From Cetorhinus maximus (taxonomy: Eukaryota): a stretch of 64,000 nt of DNA. The notes under the pieces were generated by a model. The model was not told where the DNA came from, did no database searches, and saw nothing but the letters and a program-made list of their open reading frames with translations. This document shows, piece by piece, positions 12,913 through 26,634 of this stretch. The DNA is taken from NCBI RefSeq assembly GCF_964194155.1, contig NC_135899.1, positions 79,918,001-79,982,000 of the forward strand. Reading direction: 5' to 3'. The first letter of the stretch is position 1; the number at the start of each line of letters is the position of its first letter. The translations under genes were made by a program, and so were the position numbers.

Positions 12913-14312
12913 GCCCTTTTTTTTCTACTGCAGACCTAAAAAGACACTGCAGTTTCAAGGCAAATAACCAACCTGCTCAGAGCTTCCTTAGTCACATTGG
13001 CTTTCAGCCATTCGGGGCCCTTAACAAAATCATTAGGAGCAAAATCTTCCCAGGGACTCTTACTTTTCTTATTTCATTCCTCCGTCCTCCACATCACAGT
13101 TAGTGTGAGCAGAAGACAGCACAAGTTCAATTAACAAGTTGGGTTGATATTCTTCTCAGCAACACAACTACAAACTCACTATTCACCTACACTGGGATAT
13201 AAAGGGTTTATACTGGTCCTGCTAGCTTTGTGAACAGAGCAAGAGAACAGGGGGAACCCTGAAGAGAGAGTGAGAACGAGAATGAGAGCAAGAGGCTATG
13301 AGAGAGAAAAGACAGACAGAAACATGGCCTGGACGAGATTGCCATTTTTTGGCTGCACACAGATGGGACAGGAGCAAGGAGAATTGGACTTGCCAGTCTG
13401 GATTTCTCTGTCTTGTCCTCCCTAATCTTCACTGAATTGCCACCAGCCAACTGAGGACACATCTTTTTCTAGTGGTAGAGTAAGAGACTCAAATGAATCT
13501 CAAGTGAGCATGCAAATTATTCTTGCCCAGATTTTACATGATGCTACTTACCAGCCCCCTCAAAAATAAAATTCCTACCCCATCACTCATGGATTAGAAC
13601 ATTATTCTTATACCAAGATAGGAGGAATTAAATTCTCTCTTGGCACAAAGGTACCAGATGAAATGGCCTAGGAACAATTTCAGCTTAGGCCCTAATGGGC
13701 ACCGCTACATGCTTTGCCTAAGCACCCAAGAGCTGCATGAAAATGAAAAGGCCCCATGGTATGACGGTTCTGAGGAATACCTCAGTTTGTGGACAGTGCA
13801 CTGCTACTAAGATGGATCTGCGTTTAGTAATATTTCTTCTTCTGGTGCTCATCATGTTGAAGGCTGAACTGTGTTGAAAGCTGCAGTAGGCTGCACAAAA
13901 CATGGGGAGCGGAATGGGGCTGATTTGCCATAGTACTGATAAGAACGAAGATATAGGGAATTATACAGCAACAGTAACCAACTTCAAAAAATATCCGTAA
14001 CACAATTATCTAACAAAACAACTTAACTGTTAACAATAAAAGTATTTTCACTGGGGTTTAAGTTGTTCACAGATCTCACCTTTTGTATTGTTAAATGTGT
14101 GAAGTACTGTTGCATGCTGAGTTGTACGCTGAGTGGCAGATTTGTGGTTGCTGACTAGGAAAATACAAGTAGTCCAGAGCTACTTGACTGGTCACTCATC
14201 CAGATACTAAACATTAGATGACCAACTCAGTCCCTAGGAGTGGGCAATCATTGCAGAAAATGATTCACTGGCTACATGTGAAAACAAAGATGGCCAAAAA
14301 TAACACTAAGGT

Positions 14313-14945
14313 GAAAACAAACTCCTGCAGATGCTGGAAATTGGAAATAAAAACAAAAAATACTGGAAAAACTCAGCAGGTCTGACAGCATCTATGGAGA
14401 AAAAAAAGAGTTAACGTTGTGTCCATATGACTCTTCTTTAGAGCTAAAGAAAAGTAGAAATGTGACGGATTTTACACTGTTTAAGAGAAGATGGAGCAGG
14501 CGGAGCCAGATGCTTGCTCTCATGCCCACATGTCCGTCCTTGGCCTGCTGCAATGTTCCAGTGAAGCCCAACGCAAACTGGAGGAATAGCACCTCAGCTT
14601 CTGATTAAGCACTTTACAGCCTTCTGGACTTATCATCGAGTTCAACAACTTCAGACCATGAACTCTCTCCTCAATCTTTGCCCCTTTTTTTAAACCAATT
14701 TTTTTTTAAAATTTTAATTTATTTTTATTTATTCATTCTTTTTTTAATCCTACTCCCCCAACCACCCCCACTATATTGTGCTTTCACAGCTGACCCTTGT
14801 TCTGCTATTAACACATTCTGCTTACTTTCATGCCACTCTCAGCACCTTTAGTCTTTACCACTACCATTAACACTCCCTTTATCTTGTGTCCGTGACATCT
14901 TTGTTAATCTTTCCTTAGCTCCCATCTATCCCTGGCCTTCTATCT
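14313..14945 (+). mobile_element. Penelope-like retroelement remnant: inverted terminal repeat, GIY-YIG endonuclease C-terminus and 3' region
   Basis: 14521-14661 translates HAHMSVLGLLQCSSEAQRKLEE*HLSF*LSTLQPSGLIIEFNNFRP*, the typical PLE endonuclease end 'RKLEEQHLIFRLGTLQPxGLNxEF'. It is preceded by an inverted terminal repeat at 14313-14510. Confidence 0.8.
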
Positions 14946-15319
14946 TGCTAATATTGAGCAAGTGCTCTCACAATAGGAATTTCAAATCTGATTATTCTTC
15001 ATGGGCACCAGCCAGCCATGGCTACAAAAAAGCTACCATTTCTACATTAGAGCCTCCCTCGTCACACCATTTTCAAAGATGCAGGACAGTTCATAATGGC
15101 AAATCAAAGTAATTACAAGAGCACAGAACTCTCAAATCCAATTGGGATGACGCAAAGGGGGCACAAGTAAGGTAGGGTGTGATAGCCCTGTGGTTATGGT
15201 TCTGGACGAGCAACCCAAGAGGTTGAGAGGCCAAATCACACCATTGCAAGTTGTGACACTGAATTCAATAAACCTGGTCCATCTATGGGCTGACATCAAA
15301 AGTGACCATGAAAGGTTCA

Positions 15320-15850
15320 TAGAATCATGCAGCATAGAAGGAGGCCAAATGACCCATCATATCTGTGCAGGCTCTTTTGAAAGATCTGCCAGATAAGTCC
15401 CATTCCTCTGCTCTTTTCACATAGCCCTGAAATTCTACTTTTCAAGTATTTATCCAATTCCCTTTTGAAAGTTACTAATGAATCTGTTTCCAGCTCCCCT
15501 TTAGGTGCTGCATTTCACATTTCGCTACGTGAAAAAAGTTCTCAATTCACTGGATCTTTTCCTCAATATTTTAAACTTGTGTCGTATGGTTATCTCCTGT
15601 TAGTGGAAACAGTTTCTCCTAATCTACTTCATTAAAACCCCTCAATTTTAAATACCTCAATTAAATTTCCCTTTAACCTTCCCTACTCCAAGGAGAACCA
15701 CGCTAGTTTCTTCACTCTCTCCACATAATTGAAGTCCCTCACTCTGGGTACTATTCCACCAACACCTCTGCAATCTCTCCAATGCCTTGACAACCTTCCT
15801 AAAGCGTGCTGCCCTGAACTGGATGCAATACTGTGGGCTGGGGCCTAACC
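15320..15850 (-). mobile_element. CR1 3' fragment
   Basis: 'catagaatcatgcagcatagaaggaggcca' tail, followed by RT C-terminal sequence '...cctaaagcgtgctgccctgaactggatgcaatac'. Confidence 0.75.
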
Positions 15851-16119
15851 TTTGTTGAATTGAAAAAACACAACTGGTTCACTAATATCCTTCAGACCCC
15901 TCACTGGTCTGGCCAACACACAATTCCAATCCTACGCTACTCTTAAGATAACTGAGGAAGGATAAACACTGCCCCACTAGTCTCATCCACATCTCAAGAC
16001 CAATTAATAACAAATTACACAATTTTGCATCAACTTTTGGGAGTTGGGGGGGTCTTCTTTGTTGGCTACTTCAAGCACCTGGGGCACCAATAGTCACTCC
16101 AATATAAACATATTAGTTA

Positions 16120-16910
16120 GTAAGGCATAAAATATCCTGGGCTTTGTAAATTAAGACATAAAGTGCAAAAGCAAGGAGATTATGATGGACCTGTATAAAA
16201 CACTGGTGCAGCCTCAAGTAGAACAATACATCCAATTCTAGGCACTGCATTTTAGGAAGGACGTGAAGATATTGGGGAGGATACAGAAAAATTTACATTA
16301 ATTATTTTTTATTCTTTCATGGGATGTCGGCATCGCTGGCTGTACCAACATTTATTGCCCATCCCTAATTGCCTTTGAGAACTGAGTGGCTTGCTAGGCC
16401 ATTTCAGAGGGCATTTTAAGAGTCAACCACATTGATGTGGGTCAGGAGTCACATGTAGGCCAGACTGGGTAAGAATGGCAGATTTCCTTCCCTAAAGGAC
16501 ATTAGTGAACCAGATGGGTTTTTACGACAATCAGCAATGGTTTCATGGTCATTAGACTTTTAATTCCAGGTTTTTTTATTGAATTCAAAGTTCACCATCT
16601 GCGGTGGTAGAATTGGTGGAAGAATCAAGAGCCAGGGTTATGCTGAATAGCAAAAGAACCAAAAGTGACATGAGGAAAAACGTTTTTACTCAGTGAGTCA
16701 CTAGGATCTGGAATGCACCCGCCTGAGATTGATGGAGCCAAATTCAATCATGGTTTTCTAAAGGGAACTGGATAATTATCTGAATGGAAAAAATTTGCAA
16801 GATTACAGGGAAAGGGAGTCAGTGGGACTAGCTGAGTTGCTCTTGCTGAGAGCCAGCACAGACATAGCAGGCTAAATGGCCTTCTGTGCTGTGACCATTC
16901 TATGATTCTT
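16120..16910 (+). mobile_element. CR1 3' fragment interrupted by a SINE
   Basis: '...aaaagcaaggagattatgatggacctgtataaaacactggtgcagcctcaagtagaa' (LYKTLVRPQLE) and a CR1 3' end 'aatggccttctgtgctgtgaccattctatgattct'. Confidence 0.75.
16303..16615 (-). mobile_element. SINE (family A tail), 5'-truncated
   Basis: Reverse complement of the core and tail seen at 48587-48931. Confidence 0.8.
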
Positions 16911-17014
16911 TTATGAGCACAAGCCTAATAAAAATTTAAACCCATGAAGTGGAAATCAATCTCTGGGGGGGTGGGGTAAAAAATCTAAGTTGAGCACTAA
17001 ACACAGCAGATAAC

Positions 17015-17275
17015 TTACTCAATGACTCAGTGGATAAAAGCACCACTCAGTGTAGAACAACACATACAGACCAGGAAGATCAAGGTTAAATCCACAGCCT
17101 ATGCTCAATCAGCAGGTCGCAGTCAGTCAGGGCAGCACAATTATCAGGTGCATTTTGGCTCAAAAAGGCATTGAGTAGTAGTCAGCAAGGCCTCCTATGC
17201 CAGATCACTGTCCAGTGACACCTGTCCACAAGTGCTTGTGTTAATGAACAGGACTACAGGATACAGTTCAGCTAT
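17015..17275 (+). mobile_element. Old tRNA-derived SINE-like element
   Basis: A-box-like 'tgactcagtgg' and B-box-like 'ggttaaatcc'. A similar head is at ~29340-29430. Confidence 0.35.
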
Positions 17276-17789
17276 GAAAACACACCAAATTAAATAAAGA
17301 ACCAAAGTTAAAGCAGAATTGGAATCCAAGAATTTCAATTGGGACCCAGTGGTCCATGCAGCCCATAAAAAAGCTAGGTCTTAAGGAGAAACTTAAAGGA
17401 AAAAAGACGAAAAGGCAGGGCTTAAGATATGAAATTCCAGAACATAGGGCCTAAGTGGCTGAAGACATAGCCTCCAATGATGGGGTGAAAAGAATGAGAA
17501 TGTGGTCCATGGGGAGTTTGAATAAACTATGATCAGCCCTCTAAAACATTCAAACATTGACACAGATAAGCTCAGAATACATTCAACCCTCTCGAGACCA
17601 GAATCGGCCACTCAGCTCATCAAATCTTCCAGTGTTTCTATACATATGATCTACCCTGTTCACTCATCATACTTATTCACATCCCTCTTTATCAAGGAAC
17701 ATTTTAATTCTTCCAAAGGAATTTATCGACTTTATTCCAACAACAACCCAGTGTGTATGTTTATTCTCCTGCCTGGAGACACATTATTA

Positions 17790-18612
17790 ATGACCTGGAC
17801 TTGGGTATACAGGGCATACTTTCAAATTTATAGATGTCAAGAAATTCAGAAACGCAGTGAACAGTGAGGAAGAAACTTTATGAAAACAGACAGACTGGTG
17901 AAATAGGCAGACTCCATGGCAAATGAAATTTAATGTAGAGATGTATGAAGCGATGCACTTTGGAAGGTAGAATAATGATGCATTATAAACTAGTACAATT
18001 TTAAAGGGGGTGCAGGAACAGAGAAACCTGACAATGCATGGTCAGAAATCTTTCAAAGTGACAGGACAAGTTGAGATGGCTGTTAATAAAGTATGGCTTT
18101 ATAAAGAAAGAGAGTATAAAAGCAAGGAAGTTATGCTAAACCTTTATAAATCAATGGTTAGCCCTCAACTGGAGTACTGCGTCCAATTCTGAGCACTAAA
18201 CTTTAGTGTGGATGTCAAGGCCTTGGACAGGGTGCAGAGATGTATTGGAATGGTACCAAAGGATGGGCGATTTCAGTTATGTGGAGAGACCGGTGAAAAT
18301 GAGATAGCTCGAGCAAAAATACTGAAGAGAAGATTCAATCGAGTTAATCGCAATTTAGAAGGGCCCATAACCACAGATAAGGGCACAGATGTAAGGTAAT
18401 TGGCAAAAGAGCCAGAGGGGAGGTTAGGAGAATTTTTTCTATGCATCAAGTTATAATGACCAGGAATGCACAGCCTGAAAGGATGGTGGAAGCAGCTTCA
18501 ATAACTTACAAAAGGGAGTTGGATTACATATTTTAAAAGGAAAAGTCTGCAGGGCTGTGGGGGAAGAGCCTTGAGTGGGAATAATTAGATAGTTCTTTCA
18601 AAGAGCCAGAAC
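17790..18612 (+). mobile_element. CR1 3' fragment
   Basis: ORF 18010..18192 EYKSKEVMLNLYKSMVSPQLEYCVQF and ORF 18208..18399 DVKALDRVQR. Confidence 0.85.
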
Positions 18613-20464
18613 AATTTGTAATCTAAGATCAAATCAAACATTGCTTCTTTGTTTTTCTGTTGTGCACCCAAATACAAAACCCAAGGATCCCAATTGCCTT
18701 ATTTATGACTTCATCTACTTTTGCTTCTCCCTTTAATGGCCTGCATAACTGCACATCCAGCAACCCATGTACATCATCACAGCTAAAATCTTGCCGTTTA
18801 AGGTATATTCTCTTTCCCCATTACTTCAAAAAGTGTTACTTCAGTTTTCCACGTTGCAATGCAGATGACAACACTGGTGGCCACAAATTTAGCAAAACAA
18901 ATGATTTTTACACGAGGTGCAGGAGCAGTTTAATATGTGAAGGGTGGCAACAGCAAAACTTCCATTTACAAAGAGTTGTCTATACACTAAGATATCCAGA
19001 TCTGGATGGACTGGCAGAGACTAGTGAAGTCACAAGATGGAGCCCTGTACACAAGCTCACTCACCACACTGCTTCACGCAGTGATGTCCAGTCAGCACTG
19101 CCCTCAAGTTCACATCAACCTGCAGCTGTGTAACACATTCGCTGATCCCAAATTTACACCTAAGCCAACCTTTGAGTGCTGTCAATGGCACCCTGCTTTT
19201 CACAATCCTTTTTTTGATGTAACTGCTAACAGAGCAGCTGTAAAACAGAGCTAACGTAAAAGCTGCAGAACGGTTCCAAAAACTAATTGAGTTTATACAT
19301 GTACACTAGCATATAATGAGTGCCAGTTTTCTTCAAGAACTTTCATTCATCACTTATTACTGGTTATGAACGGACTGCCTCAGCAAACAACTGACCTTCC
19401 AAAAGCAGAATAAAATTGCCACAATTTTTTTTTAAATCAAGCTGTGCCTGCAAAGCTGCAATCCCACCTAGCTTCACATATAGACAGAAAATCTTTCCAA
19501 TGTGTTTATGTCATCCAAACCCTTCAATTAGATTCCAGTCTGTAACTCGCTCTCAAGTATTCATTTACCTATAAACCACCCAACCCCATCAAGTAGATTC
19601 TGGCCTATACCTCATTCCTGTGTATTTTATGAGAGAAACTCTGAGACACCTTTGCAAAGCCAAAACATGACACCAACCAAACAATTTTGAAATGCAACAG
19701 GATGTAGCAAATATTTTTTGAAAATTATTAGGATGACTGAACTCTGCAACATCATTACACTTATTGCAAATGAGGTCTGGATGAAAATGGATTTAGCTAA
19801 TGGGTTCAAATCTAGTCAGCAGGGTGAGAATCTGTACTGTTTGCTGGCGAAACAGGTCCTGCATGAAATGAGTTTGCAGTTTCAACTTGTAGCTTGGTAG
19901 ACACGTTCCAAAAATGCATGCATTCTGACAATCTCACTCAGCAGTCAGAGAATGGCTATGTGCAAAATGGAGAAGTATTACACCAGTGCAGTTGGGGTGA
20001 GTCACATTGTTGGGGCACTGTTGAGGGAGTTCTATTCTCAACAGAGCATAAGGAGTACTTTAAAGCGTTTCACTGCCCAAATCCCAGACTCCGATAAACA
20101 AGAATTCACCATGTCAATAACATCCACCCTCCATCCTCAGTCCAGGGACTCATCCCAAGTGACAAAAATCTAGTGCCACTGGTGAAACAAACCAGATGCT
20201 CCGAATCTACAATATATATTTTGGGGGTGGGGGGGGCGTTAAATCACTCCTCACAACTGCTGGTAAAACTTGTAAACTCTTGCATTTGAAACACGTAGGG
20301 GAGAAATTACTAATTCCTGCCTGAATTAAACAGTGAGATGGTGGCATAGCGGTTTTGTTACCCATAACACATGAAAGAATTTTTAAAATTCACAGTGTGA
20401 ATCACTGCATCGATGGAGGGGTTAATTAAAGTCCGTCTTCTCCAAGATTAACAAAAATAATCGC

Positions 20465-21020
20465 AGAATAGAATACAGAGGGGTAGAAGTCATGCTTCAG
20501 CTATAAAGAGGCCTGGTTGGTCCACACCTGGAGTGCTATGAGCAGTTCTGGGCAACATAGGAAGGATATATTGGTCTTGGAGGCACTGCAGCATAGGTTA
20601 CTAGATACCTGACCTCCAAGGGTTAAATAAGGAGGAGAGATTATCCAAACTAAGGGCTTTATTCCCAGAAGTTTAGGAGGTTAGGGTTATTTGATCAAAG
20701 TTTTTAAGGTATTCAGGTAGGGTAGATAGAGAAACTATTTCTGCTAGTTAGGAGGTCTAGAACTAAGGGACATAAATCTAAAAATCAGAGCCAGACCTTT
20801 TAGGAGTGAAAGTAGGAAGCACGTTCTAAAAAGGATGGTAAACTTTGGAACTCTCTTTGCAAATGGCAATTAATGCCAAATCAATTGTAAATTTTGCATA
20901 TGAGATTGATAGGCTTTTGTTATCCAAAGGTATTAACTTAATATGGGGCTTTGCCCCAAATCTCTTAAATCGCAAATGGCTCAAGTGGCTAAACAGCCTA
21001 CTCCTCTTTCTATGTTCCTA
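20465..21020 (+). mobile_element. CR1 3' fragment
   Basis: 'gtcatgcttcagctataaagaggcctggttggtccacacctggagtg' (LY..LV.PHLE) and a 3' end 'ggctaaacagcctactcctctttctatgttcct'. Confidence 0.75.
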
Positions 21021-21149
21021 ATTTCATAACATAGTAGCCCATTTACCAGCTCTCTGAAAGAGCTTCCCACTTGATCCTGTTCCCCGCAAACCTTCCCCCG
21101 ACCCCAATCTCTACTCCACCCCCACCCCCCCCACCCCAACCCCAACAAC

Positions 21150-21450
21150 CCTTTCCCAAAACCCTTCTAATTCTACTTTTTCAAACATTCAATCATTTCA
21201 TTCAATCTATTCTGCTTCCAGTAGTTTTTGGTATACTGTACAATTCCATATTCCCAATTCCTCAGAAAAAAAAGTTCCTTCCCTCATTCTTCTGGTGATA
21301 TTAAATTTACGCCCTCTAGTTGCCAACTCACTAACTAACGGAAGGGTTTTTCCCCAATTTATTTTTATCAAATCATTGTGAACCCCTTTATTGGATCTCC
21401 TCTTAACCCTCTTTGTTCCATTAAAACAAGACCCAGTTTCTCTATCTCTC
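21150..21450 (-). mobile_element. CR1 3' fragment
   Basis: ORF 21207..21674 tail ...LPLVSELATRGRKFNI..., the CR1 C-terminal 'TRGHxxKL' region. Confidence 0.55.
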
Positions 21451-21589
21451 CTCTTAACTAAAACATAAACTGGTCTAAAATAAGGTGTAAAAACTGAAAG
21501 CAAGATTTGAAGTAGCTTTAAAATTAGGACCAACAGTTTGACTTTAATAATCCTAGTCCAATAATTCAGAAGGGTTACATCAAGTGTGA

Positions 21590-22320
21590 AGTGATAAATT
21601 TTGATCAGAGAAATGAGGAGACACAGTAGAATTGTACCCTTTAGTTTACAAAGGGAATGCAGGAACAGAGACACCCGGGGTTCACATGCACAAATCGTTG
21701 AACGTGGAAGAACACGTTGAGAAAGTGGTTAAAAAGCATAAGGGTTTCTGGGCTTTATAAACAGAGGCAGAGGGCAAAAGCAAGAAGTTATGGTGAACCT
21801 TCATAAAACACTGGTTCAGCCTCAACTGGACATTTGCCAAATTCTGGGGAAGGATGTGAAAGCTTTAGAGATTTAAGAGAATGGTTTCCAGAGTTGAGGA
21901 ACTTCAGTTACATGGATAGCTTGGAGAAGCTGCGGTTTTCCTCCTTAGAAAGAGGAGGCTAAAAGGAGATTTGATAGATATTCAACCCCCAGACTTTGTC
22001 TGACTTTGTCGGGAAGAAGTTGTTCCCACTGGTGGGTCAAGAACCAGAGGACACGGGTTTAAGGCGATTGGCAACACAAGGAAAAACTTTAAAGCAGCAA
22101 AAGTGATTATAATCTGGAATGCAGTGCCTGAAAGGTGGGTGGGAGCAGATTCAATCATGGCTTTCAAAAAGGAATTGGAAAAACACCTGAAGAATCTACA
22201 GTGCTACGAGGAAAGGACAGGCAAGTGGGACTAGCTAAATTATTCTTGCAGGGAGCCAGCACAAACTCTACATGTCAAATGGTCTCCTTCTCTGTTGTAA
22301 CCATTCTATGCGTCTATGAC
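21590..22320 (+). mobile_element. CR1 3' fragment
   Basis: 'ggaacagagacacccggggttcacatgcacaaatcgttga' (EQRDLGV), 'aaaacactggttcagcctcaactgga' and a 3' end 'ctgttgtaaccattctatg'. Confidence 0.8.
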
Positions 22321-22669
22321 TTGCAGTGTAATAGCCAACACCTCATTGCATTCCTAAGGAAACCAGCAAGGAAGCTTATCTAATTTTCTGGGTATTTACA
22401 AGTACTGGAAGTGTCAAATGGAACCAGGCTTGGCTCAAGGCTTTGTGCTGTATTCTTGCATAGCTCTGGAGTTTTGAATCACTGTACAGGGATAATCGAT
22501 GAAATAAACAAACATTGATGGAAATCATTGCAAAGTCCCATTTCTGTCAGTTGCTGCTGGAAGTTCTTAGCCGCACACAGTACTCTGGTTTGTGGATTTG
22601 CATAGAAAAATGGATGGAATGAGATGATGAACTCCAAAACACCAGCAAAACCTTTCAAGTCCTTAATAA

Positions 22670-23235
22670 TTTGCATTTATATACATCTTTAACACGGTAA
22701 AACACCCAAGGTGCTCTATAGGGGCGTTATCAGGCATAAACTTGTCACCAAGCCATATATTTGGGCAGAGAAAGATTGGTTTTAAGGAAATCTTTAAGAA
22801 GAGGGTTGGGTAGGGGAGCAGGGAGGAATTTCAGGAGGGTATTCCAGAGCTTGGGGCCCAGGCAACTGAAGGCAGAGTGATTAACAACAGGCAATAGGCT
22901 GGAATTGGAGGAGTATAGAAATCTTAAGAGGGGTGTAGGGCTGAACGTGGTTTGAGATAGGGAAGGACGAGGCCATGGTGAGATTTGAAAACCAGGCAGA
23001 GAATTTTAAAATTGAGGAATTGCCAGGCTGGGAGCCAATGTATGTCAACAAGAAAAGCATGATGGGACGAACAGGTTGCAAGTCAGGATAGGGACAGCAG
23101 AACTTTGGATGAGCAAGCTCATAGAGGGTGTAAGGGTTGATCAATTAAGAGAGAATTGAAGTAATTGAGTCTGAAGATAACAAAGGCACTGGCAAGGGTT
23201 TCAGCAGGAGATGAGCGGAGACAGAGGCAGGGTAG
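22670..23235 (-). mobile_element. L2 3' fragment
   Basis: ORF 22881..23144 ...LLTYIGSQ...SILKFS, homologous to 11732..12109. L2 tail at ~22670-22720. Confidence 0.75.
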
Positions 23236-23819
23236 GGCTATAGCCCAAGCAATAATATTGCAATTTGATTTTATACAGCTTCCACAAAGCAGTGACCCTA
23301 TGATGTAACATTTAGTTTAAGCTGCAAACCTTGTCCAGCACTTCCATCAGCACTAGAGAGCAGGGGTAAGAACTCTCAACATTTGACTTATGCAGCCATA
23401 AAATTATTTTCCCCATTTTGAAGTCAGCAAAGTGAGGGGGATATGAGCTCTGGTAACTGGCGATTACAGAAGGAAGAGTTTGAAACTCCTCAAAGCAAGC
23501 AATTTCGCTGACAGGAGCAGCGTTGTTTCTCAGGACCCAAGTTTCTCATCAATATTCAGTCTTCAGTGCAAACTGCAGAAGAACATTAAGCTGCTCAGTG
23601 TCAAAACTGAGAACAAACTTTACAGCTTCAGACACTTACTGGTGAGAAGGGGCTTTGATGCAAATTCAGGAACTCTCAGAATTAACAACTACAGGCTGAC
23701 AGAACACGCAATTCATTTTCTAACCAAGCCTGTGCAAATCTTATCCTCCAGCCACATAGAGAACAGTTGACAATCCACTGATCCATGGCCATACAGATTA
23801 TAGCGAAGTTTACATCTGT

Positions 23820-24146
23820 ACTACACTGTCGAATATGCTATCTTTCGGATGAGACGTTAGACCAAAGCCCCGTCTGCATTCTCTGGTGGATGCACAGCAA
23901 CCTATGGTGCTATTTTGAAGAAAAGAGGAGTTATCCCTGGCTAATATTTATTCTTCAATCAACATCTCAAAAACAGATTATCTGGTTATCGCATTGCTGT
24001 TTGAGAGAGCTTGCCAAGTGCAAATTGGCTGCTGCGTTTCCTATAATACAACAATGGCTACCATTCAAAAGTCTCCTATTGTCTGTGAAATGCTTTGGGG
24101 CATTGAGGTTGTGAAAGTAGCTATATAAATCCAAGTCTTTCTTCCA
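23820..24146 (+). mobile_element. Deu-domain SINE (SacSINE1/AmnSINE1-like)
   Basis: 'tttcggatgagacgttagaccaaagccccgtctgc...aaacagattatctggttatcgcattgctgtttg...gcaaattggctgctgcgtttcct' is the Deu core. It ends in an L2-like tail 'gctatataaatccaagtctttc'. Confidence 0.8.
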
Positions 24147-24542
24147 AGAATTTATGGGTTCTTTTTCGGGCAGCCTACAATCCCCAGCAACTTCCTCACC
24201 CCACCATCCTGTGTGTCACTGGAATAAGATATGGAGGGATGGGAGTAGTGATTTCCTCCAGCAGCTAGGGGCAGTCAGGAGTCAAACCTGGTTCTGTCCT
24301 CATCCAACATACATATGCATTTATCTTATTAATTCAAGTCAATATCATGCAAAACCAGATTAATTTCAACTATAGGATAATATTTTTCATTCAAGTAAAA
24401 ATGCTGAACTGAGTCGATTATAGATACACTTTCCAGCAACAGGAACTTGGTTGACTTATCCTGGGCAGCTGCACTTCAAACAAAACAATAATGGCAAACC
24501 ACCTTGCTCTATGACTAGGGGATGGGTGGGGCTAACAGCAGT

Positions 24543-25130
24543 AGAGTCATAGAGTCATACAGGTCTACAGCACAGAAAAAGGCCCTTCCGCCCATCGAGT
24601 CTGTGCCGGTCAAACAAGTACCTAACTATTCTAATCCCATTTTCCAGCACTAGGCCCTTGGCTTGTATGCTATGCATCGCAAGTGCACATCCAAATACTT
24701 CTTAAATGTTATGAGGGTTTCTGCCTCAACCGCCCTTTCAGGCAGAGTTCCAGATTCCCACCACCCTCTGGGTGAAAAAATTCTTCCTCACATCCCCTCT
24801 AAACCTCATGCCCTTTACTTAAAATCTATGCTCCCCAGTTATTGATCCCTCTATCAAGGGGAAAAATTCCTTCCTGTCCACCATATCTATGCCCCTCAAT
24901 TTTATACACCTCAATCATGTACCCCCTCAATCTCCTCTGCTCCAGGGAAAATAACCCTAATCTATCCAATCTCTCCTCATAACTAAAACTCTCCAGCCCA
25001 GGCAACATCCTGGTAAATCTCCTCTGCACTCTCTCTAAGTACAATCACATCCTTCCGAGAATGCGGATTCCAGAACTGCACGCAATACTCTAGCTGTGGC
25101 CTATCCAGTTTTTATACCGTTCCAGCATAA
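24543..25130 (-). mobile_element. Relatively young CR1 3' fragment
   Basis: ORF 24826..25044 [39 protein letters not shown]. The 8-bp tail repeat 'agagtcat' occurs twice at 24543-24558. Confidence 0.9.
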
Positions 25131-25329
25131 ATAGTAGCCAGTAGATAGTAGCCAATCACTCCTACCAAAGGTGAGCAGCCCACTGACACACACCGGCCAG
25201 GTTTCAACATTAATGGCCACTTAGATGAGGTACCCAAGAAATGGGAGTGCCCACACCCTTGTGTTCTGTGTCTTCATGAAAGAACTCCTAGGTAACAATA
25301 CCAAAGATTGTTCCCCTCCTCTAAAGGAG

Positions 25330-26634
25330 TGTTAGGAAATAGAGATAGCTTAAATAAGTTATACTGGCATCTGCAGGTGTTAGGAATGAGTTTTAGCTTT
25401 AAAGTTTCAGTTTGATTTGTGTTCCTGTATCTGTGTTAAGAAAGCTTAAATGGAGTTTTAGTTTCACTTTAAAAGTGCTTGCATTTCTAATGAGGAGCTT
25501 TATGACTCCTAAAGAGAAGGTAAACGTACAAGGGTAGAAGAGTTGGGCTGTTGCCTAGCAATAGGGAGGCCAGTCCCTCCCATAGGCATGCAAGAAGAGA
25601 AACAGCAGTTTTGTTTTGGAGTTCAGCTGGTTTTGAAGTTGCTGCCAGGAGAGGCTGGAGCAATGGGGCCAAAAAGCCAGTCCCAAGCTAAGGAAAATCC
25701 CAAGATCCAGGGGATTGGAAGAGGGGAAAATCTAAAGTAGACCTTCTAGTCAAAGGAAGAACAGGAACCTGGAAAAGGTCCTGTGAAGTGAAGTTAAGAA
25801 TGAGGGGCAGAGCGAAAGGCTCCAAGTTTCAGATTTAAAAAGACAAAAGCTGCAGAAAGCAAATTTAAAGAGACAAAAGCTGCGGAAAGCATATTTAAAA
25901 TGAGAATAGCAAGAGGCAAGAAATTCCAAAGAGACAACTGCAGGTCTGTAACACTTTGCTATGGGCATGTGAAGCACTAGTGGTACTGTTGACAGCTGAG
26001 TTGTTGAGTGCATGTGCGTAGAAAACAGATTGAATGCATGTGGTGTCCCAGGGAAGAGGAACATCAGGAAAGTTCGAAACCCTGGAGGTGAACCCTTGCA
26101 GAAGGCACCTGAAAGAAAACGTCGGTTTGGGAAAAGATTCCAAGGTGAAGTCTTGGAGATTGGAAACCCTCGTGTGAAAGGCAGAGTGCAGAGACCAGTT
26201 GGCTCACAGTGTGACAAGTGCCTGGGCGGAGTTGAGGAGAGATTCATAGCATCTGGTTAAGGTGGCATCTGTCACTTGGTTTCAAAGTGTGGTGTGTCTG
26301 ACCACAGGGTGCCTATTGTTTTACATGGACTGTGTTCTTACTGTGGACATTAAAGTATAAGATAGCTTTTGTAACTTGTGTTATCCTTACAAATCTGTAT
26401 ATATCTGTAAAGATATAGTTGTGATTATGGGTGGAGTATTGTAATATGGTTCATTTTTTCTTGTTGAATAAGCATTTAATTCTTTTGTTAAAAGTTCATC
26501 AGCTGACTCCTGTGACTCTGCTCTGTAGCTACTCTCCATGTATCGAAACAAACAAATAAAAGTCAGGATCTATCAAGCTGAGTTCCACTCTAGGATCAGG
26601 CTTGTCCAGCGGTAACCTCAGCTGGATCAGAACA
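25330..26634 (+). mobile_element. Solo LTR (Gypsy- or ERV1-type)
   Basis: Begins TGTT and ends AACA. Flanked by the 4-bp direct repeat GGAG (25326-25329 and 26635-26638). AATAAA at 26555-26560. No gag/pol sequence adjacent. Confidence 0.75.

Noticed and set aside
25487-26260. Short ORFs inside the solo LTR
   Set aside because: No gag, pol or env motifs; they look like chance ORFs.
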